Shown here piece after piece: positions 45,100 through 64,000 of a stretch of DNA of 64,000 nt. Origin of the DNA: Euglena gracilis. Taxonomy: Eukaryota. The notes beneath the pieces were generated by a model. The model saw only the letters and a list, made by a program, of their open reading frames with translations, did not search any database and was not told the DNA's origin. The stretch spans positions 22,332,954 to 22,396,953 of the forward strand of contig CP154954.1 of the NCBI GenBank assembly GCA_039621445.1. Direction: 5' to 3'. The translations under genes were made by a program, and so were the position numbers. Positions within the stretch are counted from its first letter, which is position 1. Each line of letters begins with the position of its first letter.

Positions 45100-46130
45100 A
45101 GGAGGTGAAAATTTTTCCACGTCCTCTCCAGCAGAAAGTGTACATCCCTGGGACCTCATGAAGGAGTTTACATGCATGAGGCCCTGGACTCAATGACCAA
45201 GAGGTATCATATGGATTGAGATGCATTTCATGTGCACAGTTAGATATCATTTCGGACATATAATAATTGGTTTCTCTACAAAGTCTGGATAACTTAACAA
45301 CGCCATGGGAGAATAGTGGGGAGTTCCCAGCATTCTTTAGCTGAGCAGAGCAGGCTGCAATATAGCAAATTATTTGTGCAAACAATGGTGAGAATTGAAT
45401 TTTGGAGTGAAGATGCAACACAGGGCAATCCAGAAGCCGCAGAGAATGCACGAGAGAAATAGAAAACGCCGGAAGAACGGGCGAAATCTGATAACAAGTG
45501 TACTGAGTGACAAATCTATCTTATCTTCAACGCCTCGCAGCCATTCCCTCCTGGAAGCCCCAACCAGGGTTTGATATAAGGAGGGCGTACATGGTTTAGG
45601 TGGGGGGTGTCCCCCCCCCCCCCCCCCCCCTCCTGGCCCGCAGGGGGGGGTCCGGACCACCCCCCCCACCTGCCAGGGGGGTCCGGACCGACCCTCGCGG
45701 GGGTTCCCGGGACCCCCCCAAAAAGGGTCAATTTTTTCCTCCGGCGCTTTGCGCCGAAAATTTTTTTGCATTTTTGGCACATTTTTGCCCAAAAAGTGCC
45801 CAAAATGGCACTTTTGGTCGTTTTGGGGGGTCAAAAATTTTCGGCCCGGCGCTTTGCGCCGGGCCGAAATTCGGCCACCCTGACCGCGCACCTGTTTAGG
45901 TGGGGGGGGTGTCGTCCCTCCCACCCCCCCCCTCCTGGTCGTCTGGGGGGGGGGGTCCGGACCACCCCCCCCACCTGTCCTTATATCGAACCGTGGCCCC
46001 AACCCAGCCTCTCATTATGGGTGTGCGTCGCAACGCCAGCGGTCGACCCAAAGTTGGCTTCTCGTCTATGCCGCCCTCCCCCACGGTGGCCACTGCTGCT
46101 GCAACCGCTGCTGTTGCCACAGCTTTGCCT
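45100..46130 (-). CDS. Tentative exons of a minus-strand gene, unknown protein
   Basis: After removing the 45565-45995 MITE plus one TSD, an open frame reads GGIDEKPTLGRPLALRRTPIMRGWVG|ASRREWLRGVEDKIDLSLS. A further open stretch is LSRLCRETNYYMSEMISNCAHEMHLNPYDTSW. No recognised homology. Confidence 0.35.
45565..45995. mobile_element. hAT-like MITE
   Basis: TIR CAGGGTTTGATATAAGGA / TCCTTATATCGAACCGTG (16/18) and perfect TSD GCCCCAAC (45557-45564, 45996-46003). Confidence 0.92.
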
Positions 46131-47576
46131 CCCTCTTCTGCCTTTGCGAGAGCGAGTTCGGGCCTCGCACGCGACCCCCCCCCCCCCCCGGCCCAATGGC
46201 CCCCTCGGGGCCCACAGCACATGTGCTGTGTCTGAGGCCTGCTTTCCCTGTACGACCGCTGGGGCGATCGACCGTTGCCTCTGGCGGCTGCGCTGCTTCT
46301 GCCTGCCGGGCGTTGGGAGCCAGCACACTGAAAATGCCCCTTGCCGCCCCAGACGGCTGGTAACTTCAGAAACGTAACATGAGAAAAGCCAACAAGAAAC
46401 CCACGACTCCTTCGTTTGTTGAAGCAGGGTTTTAAAAACGGCACTCAGAATGTTGCACTGAATGACCCTTTCCACCATCATGATTTAACGTGGTTTTCCC
46501 AGGAAAAATTCTGACCAAATTTTGAGTCTGTGATTGCACACGAATTCTCGTTCCCATCCACCTCAGGTTTGCAACTGGGAAGGGCAACGACGTAGCTACC
46601 CCCCCCCCCCCCCGGACACTGTCCTCTCCTGGGAAAATGTCACCAAACCTCCATACTCGCTGACCTGTCACTACAGGGATAGGGACCTGTCAGCTGCCTC
46701 TGTGGTTTATCATCTCATTTTTTTTTGGAATTTTGGTGTTTTCTCACGGAAAATGGATTTTTTTTTGAAGGTCGACCTCATTTTTAGAATTTTGGTAACA
46801 AGAATGTGAAAGAAATATGAAGGAATTGCATTTTTTTGAATTTTGAGTCAGTGTGGTGTCGAAAGTTTCGTCTTTTTCTATCCGACCCAGACCTGAGCCC
46901 TGTACTCATAGACCTGTCACCATAAGGACCTGTCACCGACCTCTGTACTCGCTGACTTGACAGGTGACAGTTTCCTGGGGGGCAGAAGGTATTCCACCAA
47001 CATCGGTTTTTCTCATCTTCAATTTTTTTTTATATCTGCATCCTCTTCCTCGTTTCCCTGGGTGGAAAGTTTCGTTTTTTGTAGATCAAAGAGTTCGAAA
47101 TTGCCGCGGATTTTCTAAGGAACTCTCAAGCAAAGGAAAGGGACATTGAAAGCCTCTCAATTCCCAGCAAATCCCAGCAATGCAATTTTTCCCGGTGTGT
47201 GGCAGCGCAATGTATGTGATGGATGAACCATTCCTGGGAATTACAAAGAAAAGAGTTGACTGACAATAATTTGAAGAGTTCAAGCACTCCCACCCACCTT
47301 AAAGATTGCCCTCCTTTAATGCGCCTGACCGCTCATTTTTTTTGAAACATCAGCACACCATTGATCCACCTGCATTTGGCTTTTTTCCTGCTTCATTTAT
47401 CAGAGATCCTACCATATGTTCTGAAAATTGCACAATGGCATCAAAGTTGTGCAACCCTCATTTTTTTTCAATGGAAAGTTTTGCCCTTGGGGAAAAAGCC
47501 ACCTCTGCCTGTGAGAGTGGTTGGCATGCACCGACCCCTGCTGTGACAGCAGGACACCGTCAAGGCACATCGCATG

Positions 47577-48013
47577 TAAGACCCCCCGGAAAATAAGACC
47601 CCCCCCCCAAAATAAGACCCCCCAAAATAGGACCCCCCCCCCTGGGCCGATCAAACAAAAATCCAAAAATAAGACCCCCCCCATAAATAAGACCCCCCCG
47701 ACGGTGAAAATTTTCCAAAATACTTACCAAAACCCCAATTCCATAAACAAATGATGAAATTTCAAAAAATTTCAGAATTTTGAAGTGCAAAAAACATGGT
47801 AAATGTCAATTTACACCAATTCACACATGGCGCGAAGCGCGAAAACTTTGGTGCTCTTGGGAACCTGAAAAATTATGTTTTTTTGGGCCCGGGTCGGTCA
47901 ATAAAAAATCCAAAAATAAGATCCCCCCAAAAATAAGACCCCCCCCCCCCCCTGGAGGCTTCCAGCAACGGACCCAAAAATAAGACCCGGGTCTTATTTT
48001 TGTGGGGGGGTTA
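47577..48013. mobile_element. TA-bounded MITE, AAAATAAGACCC variant
   Basis: Reiterated AAAATAAGACCC, with right end GGTCTTATTTTTGTGGGGGGGTTA. Confidence 0.65.
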
Positions 48014-48423
48014 GGTTTTTCTCTTTGATCGGTATCTTTTTTTGGACCTCCCAGAATCATGTTTTGTTTGCAATAGCTAATGGCGAAGGTCAAACTGCTC
48101 AGCGTCGAATTCCTCGTGATCCGTGACCATAGATTCACTTGACACCTGTGTGACCCCTCTGGGCGATTTCGAGAGTGGGTGGGTGGGTCCTGGACCCCCT
48201 CCCCGGGGGGTGGGGTGCGCCGTGGGCGGGTTTCCTTTCTTAGGAGGTTTGCACCCCCTAAAGACCACGTCAAATCACGCACAGTCACATCAAATCACGA
48301 TTGAATTTTCGGTCGCTGGTTTTGTGGAAAGTGTGGGTTTCCACTGCGGCGGGATGGAACCGCCTCCCCCTTCGTTTCACTGCCCAAACTGTCACCGGGC
48401 ACAGCGCCTCGCCCCCACACCAC

Positions 48424-49059
48424 ATGGCAGCGGAGGCCACGCTCCACCTCTCGTCCATGGATGTCCCCAGGGTTTGGCCGACTGCCCAGGCCTGAGTTCT
48501 GCTCTTTTCGCCTCAGAGTGGGGGGGGGTGCAGTCCCCGCTGTGCGTCCAACCCTGGCAGCGCCCTTAACGTACTTCGACATGGACGCCGGGACCCTGGG
48601 CGCCATCAAGAAGTTCCCCGCCTTCGCGGACTGGGCGCTGGCAGTACCCAGCCACCCCGAGTTTCGCATCACTGGGTAGGCTGCCGTTCGTGGCAACGCA
48701 AGTTGTGGGACAAATTGAGTCAGACATCATATATACCATTGTGTTGTGAATTGCATTCCTTGTGAGTTGGTGACTGAATTGGAGTGTATGAGTGAGTGAA
48801 TGAGTGAGTGAGTGAGTGAGTGAGTGAGTGAGTGAGTGAGGCGTGGCGTGGCGGGGCGGGGGGGCGGGGCGGGCGGGGCGGGGCGGGGCGGGGGGGCGGG
48901 GCGGGGCGGGGAGGGGGCGGGGCGGGGCGGGGTGGGGCGGGGCGGGGCGGGGCGGGGCGGGGCGGGGCGGGGCGGGGCGGGGCGGGGCGGGGCGGTGCGG
49001 TGCGGTGCGGTGCGGTGCGGTGCGGTGCGGTGCGTGCGTGTGCGTGTGTGTGTGTGTAT

Positions 49060-49090
<31 letters not shown>

Positions 49091-52000
49091 CGTGGAGTTT
49101 ATTAAGCCAGACCCCGCCCTACCCCCAGGGGGCATCCAGCCACCCCTTTTTTCCAGCCAGCAGCTCGTAGCTGGGCTACGGATCCCCCCTGGGGGGGGGG
49201 TCGAGGGGTAATAAAGTTTCACAGCTGACAAAGCCGGGCTGTACCAAGAATTTTTGAAAAATTGGTTCAAAATGGCCATAATCGCCAATTTTGACCGCCC
49301 AAATTTGGGCTGAAAAAGTGTATCCCACCTGGATTGGGCCTGTTTTTTTCTTGCCTGTTTTCAAGTGCAGCCGGGTCCAGCCCAGCAGCTGGTAGGCTCC
49401 CCCCCCAGCCAGCACCTTTTTTCCCCCTGCCAGCACCTTTTTCCAGCCCCCAGGGGGGGGGTTCTTAAGAAATAAATAGTGTGCGTACATTTACCAGTCC
49501 CTGTGTGGCGTCACGGAAGCCTGTCACCAAGGTGGAGGTGGAAAATGTGCGGTGGATTGGGCAGCGAGTCGATGGGGTCCGGGCGAAGGTGGACGTGCAG
49601 TCGACGTCTGGTCAGGTGGTGACGCAGGCCATGGGGTTGCCTGTCCTTTGCCATTGTCAGTCCGGCCCGCCGAAGGTTATTCAAGCGTTTTTAGGGGGGG
49701 GGTGGGGGTTGTTGGTGGGTGGGTCGGTCTTCATAAAGAAGTGGGCGGTTGGGTTTGGCACTGGAACTTTTTTATTTCGGAAGACTCCGCCCCTGGGGGT
49801 GGACGGGTGGGTGGTCCGGGGCCAAACTCCCCAGGGGCCTGAGTCAGAGGTGTGATGCAAAGCGCCGGAAAATCTTTAGAAAACGCCTTCAGACACTGCT
49901 CCCCCCCCCCGCCGGGTCTTGTGCTGTCCTGGGCTGAGGAGGGGCCCCACCTCCTCCCTTCTCAGGAATCTCAAAAGGAATCTATGGATACCACCACTGC
50001 GTCATTAGGGTGGAGAACACACGGGAACTTCCCAAAGCCTACGCACACCACACAATCCCCACCCAAACAAATGAGAAGAAAGCAGGTCTATACATGAGGT
50101 CGCCAAGCCGGAGGGAAGCCACCATCTGGCTAGGGCCAGGGTCGGTCACAAAAACACAACAGAATCAGGCTGCCCAAACGAGACTCCCCCCAAACAATTT
50201 CCAGCAAAGCACCTACCCCCCCCCCCAATAGAAGCACAGGGCGGCAACAAGCACAGGGTCCAAATAAAAGCCACGCCGAAGGCGGCGGTCCGCTGCAAGC
50301 GCACCCCCCATTTTCATGGGATTTCTAAAGGAAATCAACAAAAATCTCGGTTGGATCCAAAAAGAAGCGCGCCCGTGCTTGTATTAGGAGGGGTTTAACA
50401 GTAAATCCCGGGTCTTATTTTTGGGGGAGGTCGCAACAACTCCTGTGGGGGTCTGAAACTCTCGATCATCGATCAAATGCAAAACGGCGGTGTATTTCAA
50501 AGGCTCAACCGGCAGCGCCGGAATAGCTGCGATTCCGCGGCAGCGCTGTGCGGCGCGGTGGTGGACACGCCGGAGCACAAGGAGCTGGCGGTGGTGCTGC
50601 CCGTCCTGCGGCGGCCCGGGGGGCAGTTCCTGTTCCTCGAGCGAAGCACCTTCGTCACCCCCGGCCGCCGCTCCCTCGTCGCCCTGCAGGGCCACGTGGC
50701 GGGGCCCCGGGACGTGTCCAGGGCAATGGGCCAGTCAGCCGTTTGAAGACCTGACGTCGCTCCAGCTCTTTTTTTTGGCAGTGCTGGTCGCCAATGGTCA
50801 TTGCGTCAATATTCGACCCCTCACGGGGACCCCCCTGGGCTGCGCAAGAGAGCCAGGATGGGTTGGATTACGAGCTTCCCCCTCCCCCTCCAGGTGGGTA
50901 ACTTCAGGGTTTCCTACAAATTCGTGCCACAAATAATCACGAACAATCACGAACCAGCACGAATTTGGGGATTTTCCAAAATCACGAATAATCACGAATA
51001 ATCACGAATAATCACGAATTTGCACAAACGACCTGGAACAGTTTTTGTTCTCACTGCAGAATGTCTTCTTCTGAGAATGACTCCTCTATGAGCAGTCCTC
51101 CCCAAAAGGGAAACAAACGTGGAAACGGGGTGGAAATATGACGGCCCAGAAGCAAAAGAATCAGCAAAAAATGGGGAAGGCCACATTTCGGCCTTTTGTT
51201 TCATTTTTGGCTTTTGTAATTGTGTTACTGGGTTGGGCAATCCAAGCTTTCAAGTCGAAGTGTGTGGAAGATATTGTGTCAAGCCGCTGTCATGATGTTC
51301 TGCAATGGCGATGTTGAGCAGCGCTTCTGTGTTCAACGTGTGATCTGACCCTTTGTGCCCATGGACAGCACACTGTGCAACACAACACTGCACAGTCCAA
51401 CACCACACGCTTTGGCAACAACGTCATTCATTGGAGTCACTTTTTTGTCTGCAGCTTTGCTTCATGTTCAAGATTGTTGTCCAATGTAGGTGGTCAAAGA
51501 GCTTTTTTTTTGATATTTCTGCTGTTGGATGTGATACACAAGTCAGAAGAGGAGTGTGCATTGGTTTTCTAGGCAGGTTTAGTAAAAAACCGGGCGATTT
51601 TTGTGTAGCACGAACAATCACGAATAGTCACAAATAATCATGAATAATCACGAATAATCACGAATCAGGATTGAGGGTCCCTAGCACGAATTTGTGGGAA
51701 ACGCTGGTAACTTAGGAGCCCCCCCCCCCAGTTCCTCAGCCTCAGCCCCCTTTGGCGTCCCACACCCTGCCCCCGGTGCTGCGTGACACCGCGGCGCTGG
51801 AGGCCATCGGGCTGCACCCCAGCCACGCTGTTCCTGCCCTCACCCCCAGGGGGGGGGGTTGCATACCCACCTGTTTTGAGACTAAAAAAGGATCTGAGAA
51901 CATACAGGTCCTGAGTGACGTGGCATGCAACGTCACCCTGATCACACGTGACCTGTCCATTCTAATCCTCCTGGGAAGGGTCACACCAGAGGTACTTGAA

Positions 52001-52937
52001 TCCATGGCTGAGAGCGGTGAAGGAGGGCGTCGAGCAGCCTCAGCAGGGAGGGTGGGTGAAGCAGTGCCCCGACTCGGGTATTTCTGTTTTTTTGGAGTGA
52101 TTGGCTGGTTTTCATCCCCCTCCCGGAGAAGCCATGGCGTGGCCCCAGCCCGGCGGACATCACGCCCCTGTCCCCCAAGGCGTTCCACTGCAGCACCGAT
52201 GGCAGCGCAGAGGCAGTGCGCTTCTTCTGCTGGACGATCGGCGACCGCCCCATGACGCACTTCCCGGCGCCGTACGGCGCGCAGGCGACGGCCGGGACCA
52301 CAACGGTGCAGGCGCGGAAGGTCTCCCAGCCCCCCTGGGGCCGATTTGTGTACTTTTCCGAGCTCCAGGGGGTTTTCATGCCAAGTTTTAAATGGGGTTT
52401 TGCACATGTAGCCCCCTCCCCCCCACCCGGGGTCAGGTCCCCCAGTACTGGCTGACCTGTCATCAGAGGAAGTTATCAGGTGCCTGGTGCTAGTGGACCT
52501 GAGGTGACCGTTCCCAGTTCCCAAGGAGGGGTTCGGTTAACTTCTTGAGTTTTTTTTATACCCAGTTGTGGGGGGGGAGTTGTTACGAAGAATGATGCCA
52601 AACCATCAGTTGAAACAGAACCGCTGCCTCGGTGTTAGTCCGCTGGCACAGGCCTCCCGGTTCTGAGGACAATACTTATTTTGCTAAACGACACACCGAA
52701 TCAGAAAGGGCTGAAGCCACCCCCCCCCCCCTGGAGGGTCAGCTGGAAGGGGGTGAGCGGCACTCCCCCCCCACCCCCGCCCGGCGCCTGCCCCCCAACC
52801 ACCAGTTCGTGCTGGTCGGGGAGGCGGAGGTGGAGGAGCAGGTCTTCGGCCACGCCGCTGGCAAAGGGGAGCTGCGCATCACGGACGCCAACACCGTCCT
52901 GGCGCTGGCCCTCTACCGCAAGCTGCAGCGCGGCTGA
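48424..52937 (+). CDS. Nudix-fold protein (ADP-sugar pyrophosphatase/NUDT14-like) with a degenerate Nudix box; 7 exons, ~240 aa
   Basis: Exons ~48424-48464, 48562-48673, 49529-49627, 50555-50715, 51775-51816, 52149-52278 and 52797-52937 give MAAEATLHLSSMDVPLTYFD...FADW...KVEVENVRWIGQRVDGVRAKVDV...LAVVLPVL...LQGHVAGPRDVVLRDTAALEAIGL...STDGSAEAVRFF...TDANTVLALALYRKLQRG*. Confidence 0.75.
48788..49092. repeat. Compound microsatellite (GAGT, GGGGC, GGTGC, GT) inside an intron
   Basis: Seen directly in the sequence. Confidence 0.95.
50905..51706. mobile_element. hAT-like MITE nested in an intron
   Basis: TIR CAGGGTTTCCTACAAATTCGTGC / GCACGAATTTGTGGGAAACGCTG (21/23), flanking GTAACTT direct repeat, and subterminal AATCACGAAT repeats. 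Confidence 0.85.
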
Positions 52938-55038
52938 CCCCCCCCCCCCCCGGGCTCCCCCTTCGCCTGAACGGGTGCACGGCTTCTCTGTGGGGTCGCC
53001 TGCGCACAAGGTGGGTGCTTACTTCATCCATGCGTGGGGTGGATTTTTTTTTGAATGTTGCAACTTTCACTTCCTCCATCCTCCCGCAGTTCGATGCCAA
53101 CCCTCAACGTTTTGGACCCGAACCGATGCATGTCTGTTGTGTGTTTCAGCGTTGCTGCTTGCGTGCCACTTCCCTTCAGCAACCTCGAACTGAACACTTC
53201 TGTTGCGAAGTCGGAAGTGGCAAGGTGATAAGAGGGAAAAGGGGTACAGGGTGGTCCACACAGAATCGGATTTTTTTTAAAAAGGCTTCTGAAGGTGTGG
53301 AGTTTTGCCAGCACTGGCAAAACTCCACACATGTCGGGATTCTCATGGAGGAGATTTTGAGGCATTTTTTTGGAGCTGGTTTAGGTATGGGAGAGGAGAA
53401 GCAAGGAAGCAGATAAGGGGTAACGGGTCCTCATGTTGTAAACTGTTGCCAAACTGGTCGTCATTGCACGCAAGCAAAATGATTGGTTCGTGGTTCATCT
53501 CCACCCTACCCACACCGGCCGTTTTTGGGACCAAGACTTTCCGGAATTTGCATTGGGACGAATTTAAGCTACTTTCTTTTCTTATTCCTTTTCCTCGAAT
53601 GGCTCTCCTTGAAATACTTTTTTTGTTGTGTGCACAGCAAACAGTGCCCATACCCATTTTCTTTCTACAAGCATGTTTGTCTACATCTGAAATTTGATTA
53701 CCATGGCCAAGCAAAACATCTCGAAAATTCGTAGCAAGATCTGAAATTCAGTTAGATCCAAATAATAATAATTTTTCATATCAATTTTTAATTCGGCTGT
53801 ATGTTCGACTTGTTTGATTTTGGGTTCGATTCTGCCCGAGCATGCAGGGATGCAGGAAGGTCTAGAGGGGGGGAGGTTGGTAATGCAATAAAATCTCTGC
53901 GTCCTTCCCAGGTGGTTTGTGATCACGATGCATGCAATGTACTGCAGCGGACGATGGGTCTCGACGTGACTCTGTTTCAGCCACCCCTGGATTGCATTCA
54001 TGCTTCATTTTCTTCCACCATGGTACAGGGGTTGACATTTTTTTTAAGCATGTTGATTCCGAGATATGGGAATGAGTTCTGATTGCATGATGTTGTGTGT
54101 GCCCCAAAATCCCCCCCCCAAATACCCCCCCGAAGCCCAGCCCAATTCTAAAAACCAAAATCCCCCCAAACACGCAGCCTTTCCCATTGGTTGTTGACAA
54201 CCCAAAAGAAACATTTCTCTAGACTCCTAGGTGCAATTTTCCGATGAAGAAGGGTCCGCACTGTCCCAACTTGGCCAAGACCACTGGGAGGGACAGGAAC
54301 GCACCCTCATAACAGGGAGGAGGCAGGAGGACGTGCCACAGTGGCAATGGATTCTCTCAATCATTCCAATGAGGCAGCCAAGGAGGGAAACCCTCGGCTC
54401 AAAGATATCCACACTGTATGATGTCTGCATTGTGTCCACATTGTGATTCATGTCTACATTATGATGTCTACCCCTGCATCAATCATTGATGCCAGAATGG
54501 GGGGCTGCGTTCTGGGTGGGCGAGAGAAAGCCGGGAGAGCTCCCATCCTGGAGGGGTGCACTTTGGCTGTTTGGTGCGGAACATCTTCGGGACAGGCAGC
54601 CAAAACGGGGCGGGGGAGGATGGTGGTCCCCCAGAAACTGCGGAAAAATCGGCCGTCATTATTGTGACCAGCAATTGCGACCTGTTTAACTGGTGAGTTT
54701 GTACAAAGTTTGCACAAAATAATACACACGGCCCAGGGCAGGCTCTGGCTGCCGAGAGGCCATCTGAGGACCTCTGGGCGACGCCGCCTGCCACAGCTTT
54801 ACATGCCGAGACAAGTTTTTTTTGCACGTGTTGCCTTTCGGTTTTTATTTGGGGAAATGTTGGACGGTGCAAGGGAGCGTTGCAGATGCGTTTGCGCAGC
54901 TTTGTGGCTTCCGCGCAGCTGGCAAGCGGTGTGCTGCCTTGCGGCTTACCTGGGGAGGGGGTGGGGTAGGGTTGTGTGCCCAGCGGCCCATTCCTCGGAG
55001 TTCCTGTGTGGCTCAGAGGTGCCGGCAGTGGTGTGGCG

Positions 55039-63500
<8,462 letters not shown>

Positions 63501-64000
63501 CGAGACGGCGACGGCGGGCCCGGGGGAGTCTGTGGCGACCTGTGGGGGGCGGTGCCTGCTCGGAGGCAGTGGGTTGGCGGATGTGGACCGTGCGCCGAAT
63601 GCGGACCGTGCGCCGAATGCGGACCAGTGAATGACCCCCGTCCGCGGCGTTTGAGGCTTTGTGGACGGTTGGGCCGTGGCTCGAAACAGTGTGGCTTCAG
63701 TGCCAAGGCCAGCCTCATTTTCCAATTCAAGCGCAGCTGCGTGCAAATGCTGAAGCTACCAGATCGCTTCGGAGTCAATGCAACTGTCAGTGAGTTTTTG
63801 GCCGACAATCTCGACAAAGATACTCACTGCGAAACCGCAAGTACGACAATTTTTCAGGTGGATGCCAGACAGACTGCCAAGTTTGCCATCCTTACCACCA
63901 ACACCTGATGCAGGTACGCCGATTCTGGATACACACAACGTCGTTCTGACCACCGTGGCTGGCCGCAAACAAACCCATTCTTTTCGTTCGGAACCCAGGG

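Noticed and set aside
48080-48135. MAKVKLLSVEFLVIRD as first exon of the Nudix gene
   Set aside because: A better in-frame start exists at 48424 after a pyrimidine tract and CAG. The segment could equally be minus-strand coding (MVTDHEEFDAEQFDLRH); unresolved.
53850-54950. Possible additional gene exons between the Nudix and EGF genes
   Set aside because: Some coding-like stretches on both strands, but no consistent splice model or recognisable homology.

Overview
Eukaryotic nuclear DNA, almost certainly from a euglenid. The support is a 24/26 match to the Euglena-type spliced leader at 14025-14050 (-), a Euglena-like EF-1alpha fragment, and genes split by euglenid non-conventional (non GT-AG, end-pairing) introns. 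The first ~24 kb is mostly decayed transposons: a tandem tRNA-Val-derived array with one unit split in its anticodon loop by a tyrosine-recombinase (Crypton-like) element, a second diverged tyrosine-recombinase copy, two CRE/SLACS-clade RLE non-LTR retrotransposons (one with an upstream spliced leader, a 2A-like motif and a clean internal inversion), a captured EF-1alpha piece and many MITEs. From ~24 kb on are intron-rich genes reconstructed by hand: an unknown protein, a mitochondrial-carrier-family protein with an apparent long N-terminal extension, a degenerate Nudix-fold protein and a secreted or surface EGF-repeat protein. The strongest observation is that hAT-like MITEs (YAGGG...CCCTG ends, 8-bp TSD) and the non-conventional introns share one geometry: 3 nt before the left TIR plus 5 nt after the right TIR equals one TSD. 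One coding intron (38464-38804) is still an intact MITE with a perfect 8-bp TSD. All gene models are manual, without RNA evidence, and several junctions are +/-1 nt in homopolymers, so assembly indels are likely.
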